NCBI GenBank assembly: GCA_040954595.2
Contig: CM082577.2
Coordinates: 13,275,903-13,339,902 of the forward strand
Length of the DNA: 64,000 nt
From: Balanoglossus misakiensis
Lineage: Eukaryota; Animalia; Hemichordata
Reading direction: 5' to 3'
Shown in pieces: positions 44,040-55,449 of this stretch. The position numbers and the translations under genes are program-made. Positions within the stretch are counted from its first letter, which is position 1. Each line of letters starts with the position of its first letter. The notes beneath the pieces were generated by a model, which was given only the letters and a program-made list of their open reading frames with translations, was not told where the DNA came from and ran no database searches.

Positions 44040-44593
44040 TTATAATACATCATTAAAAACAAACACGCCACGTGGTGGTCGCATGTTACTACGCTTCACA
44101 CCAGCTATCTGTGCGATATGGTGCCAATTTTAAATCAGGAAACTCACAATTACATTGTAGTATGCATTCATGGGAAATTGGGAATTAGAATCTCAACACA
44201 AATTGAACAAAAATGTGGGAATGAGGATCTCCACTAATTCAACAAATATATCGAAGTACTTTATTGATGAAAAATAGTGTATATATAATATTTATAATTC
44301 ATCAATAATATATATATGCGTCCGAGTACTTGTTTGTTGACTTACAATCACGAGCAGCTGCCCTCTTTCTTAATTAAGCGAGGCCACTGCAGAACTTGTT
44401 ATCTTTATTGTTACTATTAATGAAATATGGAAGGAAGCGAAGGCAGTCCACTATTTGAATGGAACTTACGCGCATGCGCGTGAGATGATCTATTGCCTTT
44501 TATTCTTGCAAGACTTTCTGTGGTCTAATTTCGACTTTGTTTTCTTCTGTGTTGTTATACTACGTATACATCTTTTAAAACCTTAAAAAAACA

Positions 44594-46165
44594 CTATGCG
44601 TTTACAGTGATTGCCATCTTCAAGGTCGCCTCGATGCCATCAGCATACCTCTGAGCTTGGGCTCGTGTGCACACGTTTGTATGGTATGCGAGGCTCCAGA
44701 ACATCATATCGTGGACCGTGGCTATGAAGTGGCAGAAGATACCTGCGCATTTGTAACCACTACATGCACATACCTTTCGAACGAGTTCGAATGTCCTGGG
44801 TTTGTCTCTGGCGAAGTAGGAGCAGTCGCCAAGGTTAGAGATGAGGAAGAGGCACTCAGTGCGGCTACCATTTTCTTTGTCTGCGATGGCCTCTGCCTCC
44901 ACGTCCATATAGGACAACTTCAGAATCTTTTTCACAACTGCCACCCTTTCTAGGAATTTCCGCCCTCCCCTGCACCTGTCGCTGAGCTGCTCCCTCGTTT
45001 TCCGGGTGTAACTTGCTGCTAGCTTCCAGAATCCGTCCAAGAAATCTCCGGACTCTGGAACTGACAGATCCATCATCAAAATGGCACAGAATAAGCCAAC
45101 GGATCCGTCTGGATCTATTGGCGGGTCGCAGTATCTTCTCATATTCGCCATGACAACTGCCTTTACCGTCTGATCACCATTCAGCTTACCCCCTTGCATG
45201 ATCTTGCACGCAGCAATGGCAGCTGCAGCCGTCGTAGCACCGTGCACGGTAGCTCCATGGCGCCGACAATTCTCTCTCAGTTTCTGCGTCTCTTCTGCCG
45301 TTAGTTCAATGGACAGGGCCCTGGTCTCTTGAACGACAGTTGGATTCTTTGAAATTTCTGCTCCAAAGCATTCAATGTATGGGTTGACCCGTTTCTTCTT
45401 CGGTTTTAGCATGCCTTCGACTTTGGAATAGGATTTAATGAAGATTTTCTTCCACCAGGGAAACTCTCCCATCTGGTAACAGTCTTCTAGGGCTGGAAGA
45501 GACGGCCAATTTGTGACATCTACATCGTCACCATCGGAGAGATCAGAGAGTACGTCCATTAGTTCATTCAGAACCCTCATGACGCAGTTCCCGTCTACTA
45601 TAACATGAAAAAACGTGGCAGCAAAAATGTTCTTACACAGTCCGTCCTCCGATGTTTCCTGGTCATCCATCTTCATCAGGCGAATTCGCCACAGTGGTCC
45701 CGCTGATGGATTAAACAGGGTTTTCGTTTCCAGTGCGAGAAGATCTTCCCAGTTATTCACCTCCGCCTCTTCAACGTCAACTGTTGCTCGATCCATGCGA
45801 CTGAAGTGCTGCTGTATTCCGCTGGAGTCTGAATCTTCTTGGATTGCCATCCGGAAGAGCGGGTGTCGCTCCTGCAGAACCCGGGCTCCTCGCTCCAGTA
45901 AATCGAGTGTGAGAGGCACTTTCGATTCTACAAATAGTACGTAACAGTTCAATATTGTTCCGAACACGTTCATATCATACATATAGCTTTCCCACGCAGA
46001 CAGTCTCCTCACGTATTGTGAAGAATTGGCGCTTTGTGATCGCGTAGTTGTCTGCTTCGACCGCCGCATGTACAACATCAGTGGTAAGACTATTGCCAGG
46101 CCAATAATCAGGGGAGACATACTGAAATTCAGCCAATCGGACTTTGGGCTATTCACCACATTCAT
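44594..46165 (-). CDS. Membrane-anchored CoA-dependent acyltransferase (condensation/alcohol-acetyltransferase/PapA5-like fold), single coding exon
   Basis: More than 520 codons open. N-terminal hydrophobic anchor (LIIGLAIVLPLMLY); motifs RRLSAWE, RHPLFRMAI, GPLWRIRL, catalytic HVIVDG (HxxxDG), CRRHGATVHG and ISNLG. First ATG at 46165; a possible acceptor near 46184 suggests an upstream exon. Confidence 0.88.
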   Translation of the reverse strand: MNVVNSPKSDWLNFSMSPLIIGLAIVLPLMLYMRRSKQTTTRSQSANSSQYVRRLSAWESYMYDMNVFGTILNCYVLFVESKVPLTLDLLERGARVLQERHPLFRMAIQEDSDSSGIQQHFSRMDRATVDVEEAEVNNWEDLLALETKTLFNPSAGPLWRIRLMKMDDQETSEDGLCKNIFAATFFHVIVDGNCVMRVLNELMDVLSDLSDGDDVDVTNWPSLPALEDCYQMGEFPWWKKIFIKSYSKVEGMLKPKKKRVNPYIECFGAEISKNPTVVQETRALSIELTAEETQKLRENCRRHGATVHGATTAAAAIAACKIMQGGKLNGDQTVKAVVMANMRRYCDPPIDPDGSVGLFCAILMMDLSVPESGDFLDGFWKLAASYTRKTREQLSDRCRGGRKFLERVAVVKKILKLSYMDVEAEAIADKENGSRTECLFLISNLGDCSYFARDKPRTFELVRKVCACSGYKCAGIFCHFIATVHDMMFWSLAYHTNVCTRAQAQRYADGIEATLKMAITVNA

Positions 46166-47217
46166 GACTGCAAGGCCGATATCTACCAAACAAACAGATA
46201 AAAACGTCAAATAAATATTAATCTACTGATACATAGTTACAAAAGCAGTATAAACATGTTTCTTTACCATTAATCTTAAATGATCATTCATGATATTTAG
46301 AGCATAACGTCACATAATTATCTTAGCAATTTGCTTAAAAAGGACAGTTAGTAATGATGCGTACATGTCAGTATGTGCATGTTGGCATTGGCAATTTAAA
46401 CGAACGACTGGTGTAAGGAAGCTTATGATTTGCTTGTTTTGCTCTCATACAAAATCGCGCCGCGTTGGCATATATCTTATTGATAATCAGTGGTTCTGTT
46501 TCAGGGGTGTACAATGTATATGTTACGGTACTTGCAACAGCTGACATGAACTGACACAAAATCGACCCGCGCGTGACCGTTGTTATTTCCTGCCCCCTCA
46601 TTCAATGCACGTACGTGCATAGTCGAAAGGTCTCCGTTTGGGTCTAAATGTGGATCAAGTTGGGTCTGTTTTCTTCATTTAGCGTCCGCTTGTTATTGAT
46701 TGCCTCATTTATGTCGTTTTGACCCCGAGGACTATTTTCTCTTTACAGCACCAGACACATTTTTGACACCATTATGAGTTTCGAAGCAGTCCCATGAACA
46801 CAACAGCCTATCTCACTTCTTGGCTCGCTCTCAGACTGGCAATTAATTAGTCGGTTGTTTCAAACGATACAAGATACGATTCTCGCATTGTATCACAGTA
46901 AATTTTATAACACATACCCAAGGTCTTCTTGTCCAGGCTCCAAAATGTTGTGCATGTAGTGCATTAAACCAGGAAGCACTGAATGTTAATAAGGTAATCT
47001 GTTGTATGACCTTGACCGGAAGTGAATAACGGAGGTCAGTTGTTGATGAGATCAACATGGCGACACAGGAGTTAAATCAGCGTGTTATGTAGATTAATCT
47101 GGGCCATCCACTCACCTCACACGAAGCAGGACTGTTCAGTTCTATCACAGACTGAGTGAGATATGTGACTAAAATAACTGTATATTGACACAGCGAGAAG
47201 CATGTGGGGCCAAAGGC

Positions 47218-47660
47218 TAATGAACACCTATTGCCTGGCCATGAGGGCCATAGCGGCCGTTTATTACACCCGAGGGGCTGTGAGTTACCAGAATCATATG
47301 CTATTTCCCGAGGCCGCAGGCCGAGTGAAATAACATATGATTCTGGTAACTCACAGTCACGAGGGGGTAAAAACGGCTGCTATGGCCCGAATATAGGCCA
47401 GGCTATAGGTGTTTTATAATAAACCTCATGCAAACAGCTGGGAAAATCTTGCAATTTTCTCTTGAGGCTGGCAGACGACATCTTCAGCGGTGGCCATTGT
47501 GTCAGACGACGCGACGCTGATTGACGTGACCACGTTGGTCACGTGACCGGTTTATATTTTTTCTGCTATTTCCCTAGCGGTTCATAGTCGATTTTATTTT
47601 CCTATCACGTGACGGATTCTGGCGAATCACGGCACAGTATTAGCATGAGGTATATTATAA
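47218..47660 (+). mobile_element. Second family of Crypton-like hairpin element
   Basis: ~190-bp imperfect hairpin (47223-47413) with apex GGCC-GCA-GGCC. The arm is bounded by TTATAATAAACCTCATGC (47414-47431) and GCATGAGGTATATTATAA (47643-47660). Confidence 0.7.
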
Positions 47661-47868
47661 CACCAGATATGAACCACAGAGTGTCTCACGCCGCAAAGCA
47701 CAGTGGGTAATTTTCTATGACAGTCGCACATTTCAAACTAGGCAAGCGAACTACTAACTTCCGTTGTCTGGGCAACACGTTTATGTGCCTTGTGTGTTTC
47801 AAATTTATTAGGTCCTATTTCGTATGTATATATATATATATGCAATGGGACATTATGGAATCAGTTGC

Positions 47869-47960
47869 GTCTGTCTGTCTGTCTGTCTGTCTGTATGTAT
47901 GTATGTATGTATGTATGTATGTATGTATGTATGTATGTATGTATGTATGTATGTATGTAT
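47869..47960. repeat. (GTCT)n-(GTAT)n compound microsatellite
   Basis: Seen directly. Confidence 0.97.
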
Positions 47961-48045
47961 CTGTGCTGTAGTCGCGTTTTTACACGTGTGTCAGACTAAA
48001 CGTGTCGTTGGTGGCGTCCTCCGAGTCCTCCCAGTATGTATGTAT

Positions 48046-48280
48046 GTAGTGGTAGTATTAGTAGTTTAGTAGTTTAATGCGTTTCAAGGCCACCGGCCCA
48101 TAGACAAAGGGGTTACAATTCAGAATATACAAATAGATAACAGAACATAAACATAACTGTTTGACAGCAAAAGAAAAGAAAAACTATCAAGTTTCATTTG
48201 AAAGAATGTCTGTTCGAAGCTTAAAAGCCTTATAAACATATTTACACAACTTAAATAATGTATTCTCATCTGTTAATTGT
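48046..48280 (-). mobile_element. Short 3' end of a LINE (RTEX-like)
   Basis: LTDENTLFKLCKYVYKAFKLRTDIL resembles an ORF2 C-terminus; followed by a short UTR and a degenerate (TAC)n tail. Confidence 0.5.
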
Positions 48281-48552
48281 GCCTCTATATTCAGCTCCAA
48301 ATCAGTCCATCCTTTGAGTAGTTTTGCATGATGTAGGGCTCGGAGTAGTTGTATTTCACGGGTTGTTTTACCAAAAAATATCAAGACGATCCTTGAATGA
48401 AAGAGTTCACAGAATTTGCGGTGACAACATGCTCCCGTAGGTTGTTCCAAATTGCAACATATTAGACTCGCCTGCGGCTCGTCCAAAATGCGTCACTTAT
48501 ACATTGAGCCCTCGTCGCCACATGGTCGTATTTCGTGAATAACCATATATAA

Positions 48553-48807
48553 GGCCAAAAAATAATATGTGATGTTCCGATTACACGCTTTTCAAAAATA
48601 GGGTAGGTAGGTAGGTAGGGATTTTTTTATTTTGATTTTTTTATATTTGGCCGCCGTAGCGTGGAAGAATGACGTCATAGTTCTTGTGTGATTCTCGCAA
48701 TTTTCATAAATGTTGTATATGTGACATTGTTTCTTTTTACTTAGCTCTAAAGAGATTAGGGTCGATGGGTTGGGTAATCGGAACAGCACATATATTTTTA
48801 TTTGGCC
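48553..48807. mobile_element. GGCC-terminated MITE (duplicated at 52491-52754)
   Basis: Same TIRs as 10512-10825; flanked by TAA/TTA. Confidence 0.82.
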
Positions 48808-50490
48808 TTATAACGAAATATTTATTAGGCTTTGCATGAACACCATTACAGTCTGATGAATGGGTAAACATTTTCAAATTCATAAATTCTTGACAACCAA
48901 AATGTAAAACAATTATATACGCGTTGGAAGCAGACGTAGCAAGTAGTAACTTGCAGCAGTACCATGAGTGATGATGTGATCGTGTAGGTTGGCTTCAAAA
49001 GAGTGTCATAAATCTAATGGAGTTTTTGTTCCAAGTGTATATCATTTGTGAATGCGGTTATATTTAGTCTTCACTACTGAGAACGAGATTGGAACTATTT
49101 TGGGATAATTGCATGTGAATGAATTGATAGTCTGTATACACGATTTGTTTTGACATTTTGGTTTGTTGTAATAATGGTAGTTTGCATATTCTCTCCATGT
49201 GCTACAAATACTACTCATTTTGTTCACAAAGACGTATGCAATTATCCCAAAACGAGCAAAAATGATCATTAAAGCATTTCATGTCATATTATCCTTCCAT
49301 TTTAAAATTCTGTACAATGATGTTGATCATTACTTTAAAAGGCTGGCTCGAAAAGCCGATTACTTACTGACCAATGACCCCCCAGACTCAATTATATTCC
49401 AAATTTGATGTATTTTAGAGGTATGTCAGAGTCACGGCTTAATTCAAAATACTTCGTAACAGTAAGAACACATATCATCATGATGGTTGTAGTTGTTGTT
49501 TGTTTGTTTTTGTTGTTATTTAATTCTATTTTTTGTTTTTTCGTCCCACGAATGCATTGCTACGACGACATAGAGAATGTCTAATTAGACTGTGACCTGA
49601 CTAAACAATCATCAAGTTTATAGCGACAGTGTAGCAAGGAATATTTTGGAGCTATGTACATATATAATCAACTCTTATCAAATGCCTTATTGAACGATTA
49701 TCTACAAGAAATTAATAAAACGCACCTTTTAATATTTTGGAATGTAAACATTACGTATTTATCTGTCGTTTAGAAAAGAGCAATCACGTAGCATAGAGCC
49801 GCGTGTTCCTCCATCTCTTGCGGATTGTTTTGCATGTCATTTGTTTACATTCTGTTGCACATGAGATATAGACGGGCTCCAAACTCACACAGCCTAGCGC
49901 GAGCGAGATATCATTTTTTCCTCGCAACGATCGACGCCGACAGTCACACAATAATCAGATTAAATCATCAATATTACTGACAAGATCATATTTTCAAAGA
50001 AAGCTCTACAACATGCAGCGAGTACGGGAGAGGATGGGATTCGGTAGCGGCATACACTGTGCACCATGGCCATTGGACGTACACACACACCAGTGCAAAA
50101 CAGGCAACACTGACTAGTCTGGCACTGATACCAGACAAATGGCATTCAGAACATAGCAAATGAACATTAAAACTATTTTAGAATAGCATTTAAACAGTAA
50201 AGGTGTAAAACCGCAATTCAGTCTCTCCGAATGACAAAGTGCTCGATCGCGGTCCCCATCACCAGCGCTGCTCAATGCCCTGAGGTCTCGCTACTTACTA
50301 TGTCAGTCGTACATCACTGTGACGAACGCAGGTGACCTTGCAGCTCCAGTCGTCGATGGGATAACCACATCGATAGTACAGTTGTTAAAAAAACTGTAGC
50401 TGGAGACATCGCGGGCAAGCTGCAGCTGCTACTTGGTAGGATGGACCGGGTGTCATGTTTTCGGTAGTGCTTTTAAATCTCGCGCAATAG

Positions 50491-51238
50491 AAACAAAAGT
50501 GACCTATCGGTCAAAAGAGCTCTGCTGACTTTAACAGTGTAACCTGGGCAATGATGTGAATACCCTAGGTTTTAATTTATAACAATTGTATTCTAATGAA
50601 CAAAACCAAACATAGACATCACAAGTATTTATCAATATCCAGCTTGATTCATTGTGCTAAAGAAAGAAAGAATTGAATCCTAAAGAACAACATCAAAAGG
50701 AAGCACTAAAGTTCTAGTTTGCATGTTCATGACCCCATCAAAATTCCAATCAACAAAATCAGGTAGGGGCACCATAACACACATTCCTACCATTTTTCAG
50801 CTCTATCGTACATGTAGTTAGGGAGAAGAAGATTGTTTACCAACAATTCTATTTTTAGATCTAATTTGCATATTCAAGACTCCATCAAATCCAAATTTAC
50901 AAAATCAGGTAGGGGCACCATAACACACATTCCTACCAAATTTCAGCTCCATTGTACATGCAGTTGTGGAGAAGAAGATTTTTACCAAAACTTATATTTT
51001 TAGATCTAATTTGCATATTCATGACCCCATCAAATCCAAATAAACAAAATCAGGTAAGGGCACAATAACACACATTCCAACCAAATTTCAGCTAAATATG
51101 CCAAGCTGTTTTAAAGGAGAAGATTGAAATACCAAAAGTTGACGGACGACAGACGACGGACGCCGGACGGGCGACGGACGGACACTTATCAACCTACTGC
51201 TACAGCTCGGCTGACACAAGTGACAGCAGAGCTAAAAA
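50491..51238 (-). mobile_element. Helentron-associated non-autonomous element (DINE-1/pearl-like); duplicated at 54438-55174
   Basis: Subterminal IRs AGCTCTGCTG (50518-50527) / CAGCAGAGCT (51224-51233), hairpin TGACC-TATC-GGTCA, a (GACG/GACA) microsatellite, about three internal ~145-bp tandem repeats and A-run insertion context. Confidence 0.75.
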
Positions 51239-53621
51239 GTAGATCCGGATAATGAACGCGCGTCGTCCAACTTCAAGTATGGTCACGCGCCGGGCGTGAT
51301 AAGCAAAAAAAAAAAAAAAAAAACTGCACGGGTGAGAGGGCGCTTTTTCCCCATATACTAACATGGGCACGTTAATCCAGCAAGATAAAACATTTACGAC
51401 CCTGATACGGATTTTGCGGCATTTCGGTCATACGGTGATCCGCACCCTCCCAGCTAAGAGGGTGGCTGGCAACTTCTGATTCAAGCAAGCTATTCCTTTT
51501 GCTTCTGCTCCTCTGGAAAGGTCCGTCAGAGATATTACCACTTGTGGTTTAAACTGAAATTAATTGTCATCAATGTGATGATTTCTCTTGTCTCGGCCTC
51601 TAGTCAGCTTCACAAAAAGATGGCGACTGCTGCTATTGAGCTCCCATTGGCTAAGGGCGTCCGTCACCCTATTTTCTGGGCCAGGGAGATGCACTGCTTT
51701 GATTTGGAATTGATGTTTCATGTGATCTCGTGTGCAGCCGGCGTTGACAGTGGCTTCATTATCGCGCTGATAATCAACCTACGACCAATCAGTTGGTCAG
51801 CCCACAATATGCATGCTATGGCCACAGTCACCATTTCTAAACAGCTGATGTGGAACTCAGAGCTGCGTACATGTTCTGGAAAATGACAATGAAAGTATTC
51901 ATTCAGGTATGTGCCCCCCAGCACCAAAAAGTCGAGTATAAATGATGTACTGTTCCAATCATCTAAGATTTTAGCCACCACTTTATGCATTTTTACATTT
52001 CTGAGCTTATGTGGAAATGGTGGTGATTACGCCTGAGTTTGGGAAGGGTGTCCAACAACCGAGAAACGAAAACCCTGCCAGCGAAATAAGATAGCCTGCC
52101 GATGAGAGATTACAGCTTTCGCTTGGTTGTTCGTTTCCTTGACAACCACGCCGCTAAGTGTTGTTTTGCCTTTATCTTCACGTACACTGATGGTCATATT
52201 TATTGTGTCAAACTTGCGGCCTCTATATTCAGCTCCAAATCAGTCCATCCTTTGAGTAGTTTTGCATGATGTAGGGCTCGGAGTAGTTGTATTTCACGGG
52301 TTGTTTTACCAAAAAATATCAAGACGATCCTTGAATGAAAGAGTTCACAGAATTTGCGGTGACAACATGCTCCCGTAGGTTGTTCCAAATTGCAACATAT
52401 TAGACTCGCCTGCGGCTCGTCCAAAATGCGTCACTTATACATTGAGCCCTCGTCGCCACATGGTCGTATTTCGTGAATAACCATATATAAGGCCAAAAAA
52501 TAATATGTGATGTTCCGATTACACGCTTTTCAAAAATAGGGTAGGTAGGTAGGTAGGTAGGTAGGGATTTTTTTTATTTTGATTTTTTTATATTTGGCCG
52601 CCGTAGCGTGGAAGAATGACGTCATAGTTCTTGTGTGATTCTCGCAATTTTCATAAATGTTGTATATGTGACATTGTTTCTTTTTACTTAGCTCTAAAGA
52701 GATTAGGGTCGATGGGTTGGGTAATCGGAACAGCACATATATTTTTATTTGGCCTTATAACGAAATATTTATTAGGCTTTGCATGAACACCATTACAGTC
52801 TGATGAATGGGTAAACATTTTCAAATTCATAAATTCTTGACAACCAAAATGTAAAACAATTATATACGCGTTGGAAGCAGACGTAGCAAGTAGTAACTTG
52901 CAGCAGTACCATGAGTGATGATGTGATCGTGTAGGTTGGCTTCAAAAGAGTGTCATAAATCTAATGGAGTTTTTGTTCCAAGTGTATATCATTTGTGAAT
53001 GCGGTTATATTTAGTCTTCACTACTGAGAACGAGATTGGAACTATTTTGGGATAATTGCATGTGAATGAATTGATAGTCTGTATACACGATTTGTTTTGA
53101 CATTTTGGTTTGTTGTAATAATGGTAGTTTGCATATTCTCTCCATGTGCTACAAATACTACTCATTTTGTTCACAAAGACGTATGCAATTATCCCAAAAC
53201 GAGCAAAAATGATCATTAAAGCATTTCATGTCATATTATCCTTCCATTTTAAAATTCTGTACAATGATGTTGATCATTACTTTAAAAGGCTGGCTCGAAA
53301 AGCCGATTACTTACTGACCAATGACCCCCCAGACTCAATTATATTCCAAATTTGATGTATTTTAGAGGTATGTCAGAGTCACGGCTTAATTCAAAATACT
53401 TCGTAACAGTAAGAACACATATCATCATGATGGTTGTAGTTGTTGTTTGTTTGTTTTTGTTGTTATTTAATTCTATTTTTTGTTTTTTCGTCCCACGAAT
53501 GCATTGCTACGACGACATAGAGAATGTCTAATTAGACTGTGACCTGACTAAACAATCATCAAGTTTATAGCGACAGTGTAGCAAGGAATATTTTGGAGCT
53601 ATGTACATATATAATCAACTC

Positions 53622-55445
53622 TTATCATATGCCTTATTGAACGATTATCTACAAGAAATTAATAAAACGCACCTTTTAATATTTTGGAATGTAAACATTA
53701 CGTATTTATCTGTCATTTAGAAAAGAGCAATCACGTAGCATAGAGCCGCGTGTTCCTCCATCTCTTGCGGATTGTTTTGCATGTCATTTGTTTACATTCT
53801 GTTGCACATGAGATATAGACGGGCTCCAAACTCACACAGCCTAGCGCGAGCGAGATATCATTTTTTCCTCGCAACGATCGACGCCGACAGTCACACAATA
53901 ATCAGATTAAATCATCAATATTACTGACAAGATCATATTTTCAAAGAAAGCTCTACAACATGCAGCGAGTACGGGAGAGGATGGGATTCGGTAGCGGCAT
54001 ACACTGTGCACCATGGCCATTGGACGTACACACACACCAGTGCAAAACAGGCAACACTGACTAGTCTGGCACTGATACCAGACAAATGGCATTCAGAACA
54101 TAGCAAATGAACATTAAAACTATTTTAGAATAGCATTTAAACAGTAAAGGTGTAAAACCGCAATTCAGTCTCTCCGAATGACAAAGTGCTCGATCGCGGT
54201 CCCCATCACCAGCGCTGCTCAATGCCCTGAGGTCTCGCTACTTACTATGTCAGTCGTACATCACTGTGACGAACGCAGGTGACCTTGCAGCTCCAGTCGT
54301 CGATGGGATAACCACATCGATAGTACAGTTGTTAAAAAAACTGTAGCTGGAGACATCGCGGGCAAGCTGCAGCTGCTACTTGGTAGGATGGACCGGGTGT
54401 CATGTTTTCGGTAGTGCTTTTAAATCTCGCGCAATAGAAACAAAAGTGACCTATCGGTCAAAAGAGCTCTGCTGACTTTAACAGTGTAACCTGGGCAATG
54501 ATGTGAATACCCTAGGTTTTAATTTATAACAATTGTATTCTAATGAACAAAACCAAACATAGACATCACAAGTATTTATCAATATCCAGCTTGATTCATT
54601 GTGCTAAAGAAAGAAAGAATTGAATCCTAAAGAACAACATCAAAAGGAAGCACTAAAGTTCTAGTTTGCATGTTCATGACCCCATCAAAATTCCAATCAA
54701 CAAAATCAGGTAGGGGCACCATAACACACATTCCTACCATTTTTCAGCTCTATCGTACATGTAGTTAGGGAGAAGAAGATTGTTTACCAACAATTCTATT
54801 TTTAGATCTAATTTGCATATTCAAGACTCCATCAAATCCAAATTTACAAAATCAGGTAGGGGCACCATAACACACATTCCTACCAAATTTCAGCTCCATT
54901 GTACATGCAGTTGTGGAGAAGAAGATTTTTACCAAAACTTATATTTTTAGATCTAATTTGCATATTCATGACCCCATCAAATCCAAATAAACAAAATCAG
55001 GTAAGGGCACAATAACACACATTCCAACCAAATTTCAGCTAAATATGCCAAGCTGTTTTAAAGAAGAAGATTGAAATACCAAAAGTTGACGGACGACAGA
55101 CGACGGACGCCGGACGGACACTTATCAACCTACTGCTACAGCTCGGCTGACACAAGTGACAGCAGAGCTAAAAAGTAGATCCGGATAATGAACGCGCGTC
55201 GTCCAACTTCAAGTATGGTCACGCGCCGGGCGTGATAAGCAAAAAAAAAAAAAAAAAAAACTGCACGGGTGAGAGGGCGCTTTTTCCCCATATACTAACA
55301 TGGGCACGTTAATCCAGCAAGATAAAACATTTACGACCCTGATACGGATTTTGCGGCATTTCGGTCATACGGTGATCCGCACCCTCCCTGCGGTCGGGCG
55401 AATTCGCCGTCCCAAAACCCGTATCAGGGCCGAAAGGATTAATAC
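53622..55445 (-). mobile_element. Crypton-like hairpin element, same family as 34652-35373, with the arm inverted relative to the hairpin (partial duplicate at 49675-51451)
   Basis: The arm starts TTATCATATGCCTTATTGAAC on the same strand as in the 34.8-kb copy. The hairpin is attached to the other arm end and is reverse-complemented (55330-55445). Carries a nested Helentron-type insert. Confidence 0.75.
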
Positions 55446-55449
55446 CGCA

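Larger units (their letters stand above)
48281..55388. repeat. Recent ~3.17-kb direct duplication (48281-51451 / 52219-55388) separated by an inverted copy of 56054-56825
   Basis: Near-identical copies; I saw three substitutions, small microsatellite/poly-A length changes and one 11-bp indel. The spacer 51451-52222 is the reverse complement of 56054-56825, as the mirrored ORFs in the track also show. Confidence 0.95.

Noticed and set aside
48187-54092. Duplicated short ORFs (MDEPQASL..., MLFRLPNP..., MIIFARFG..., MPFVWYQ...)
   Set aside because: They recur only because of the 3.2-kb duplication; several lie in repeat remnants and none has host-gene coding features.
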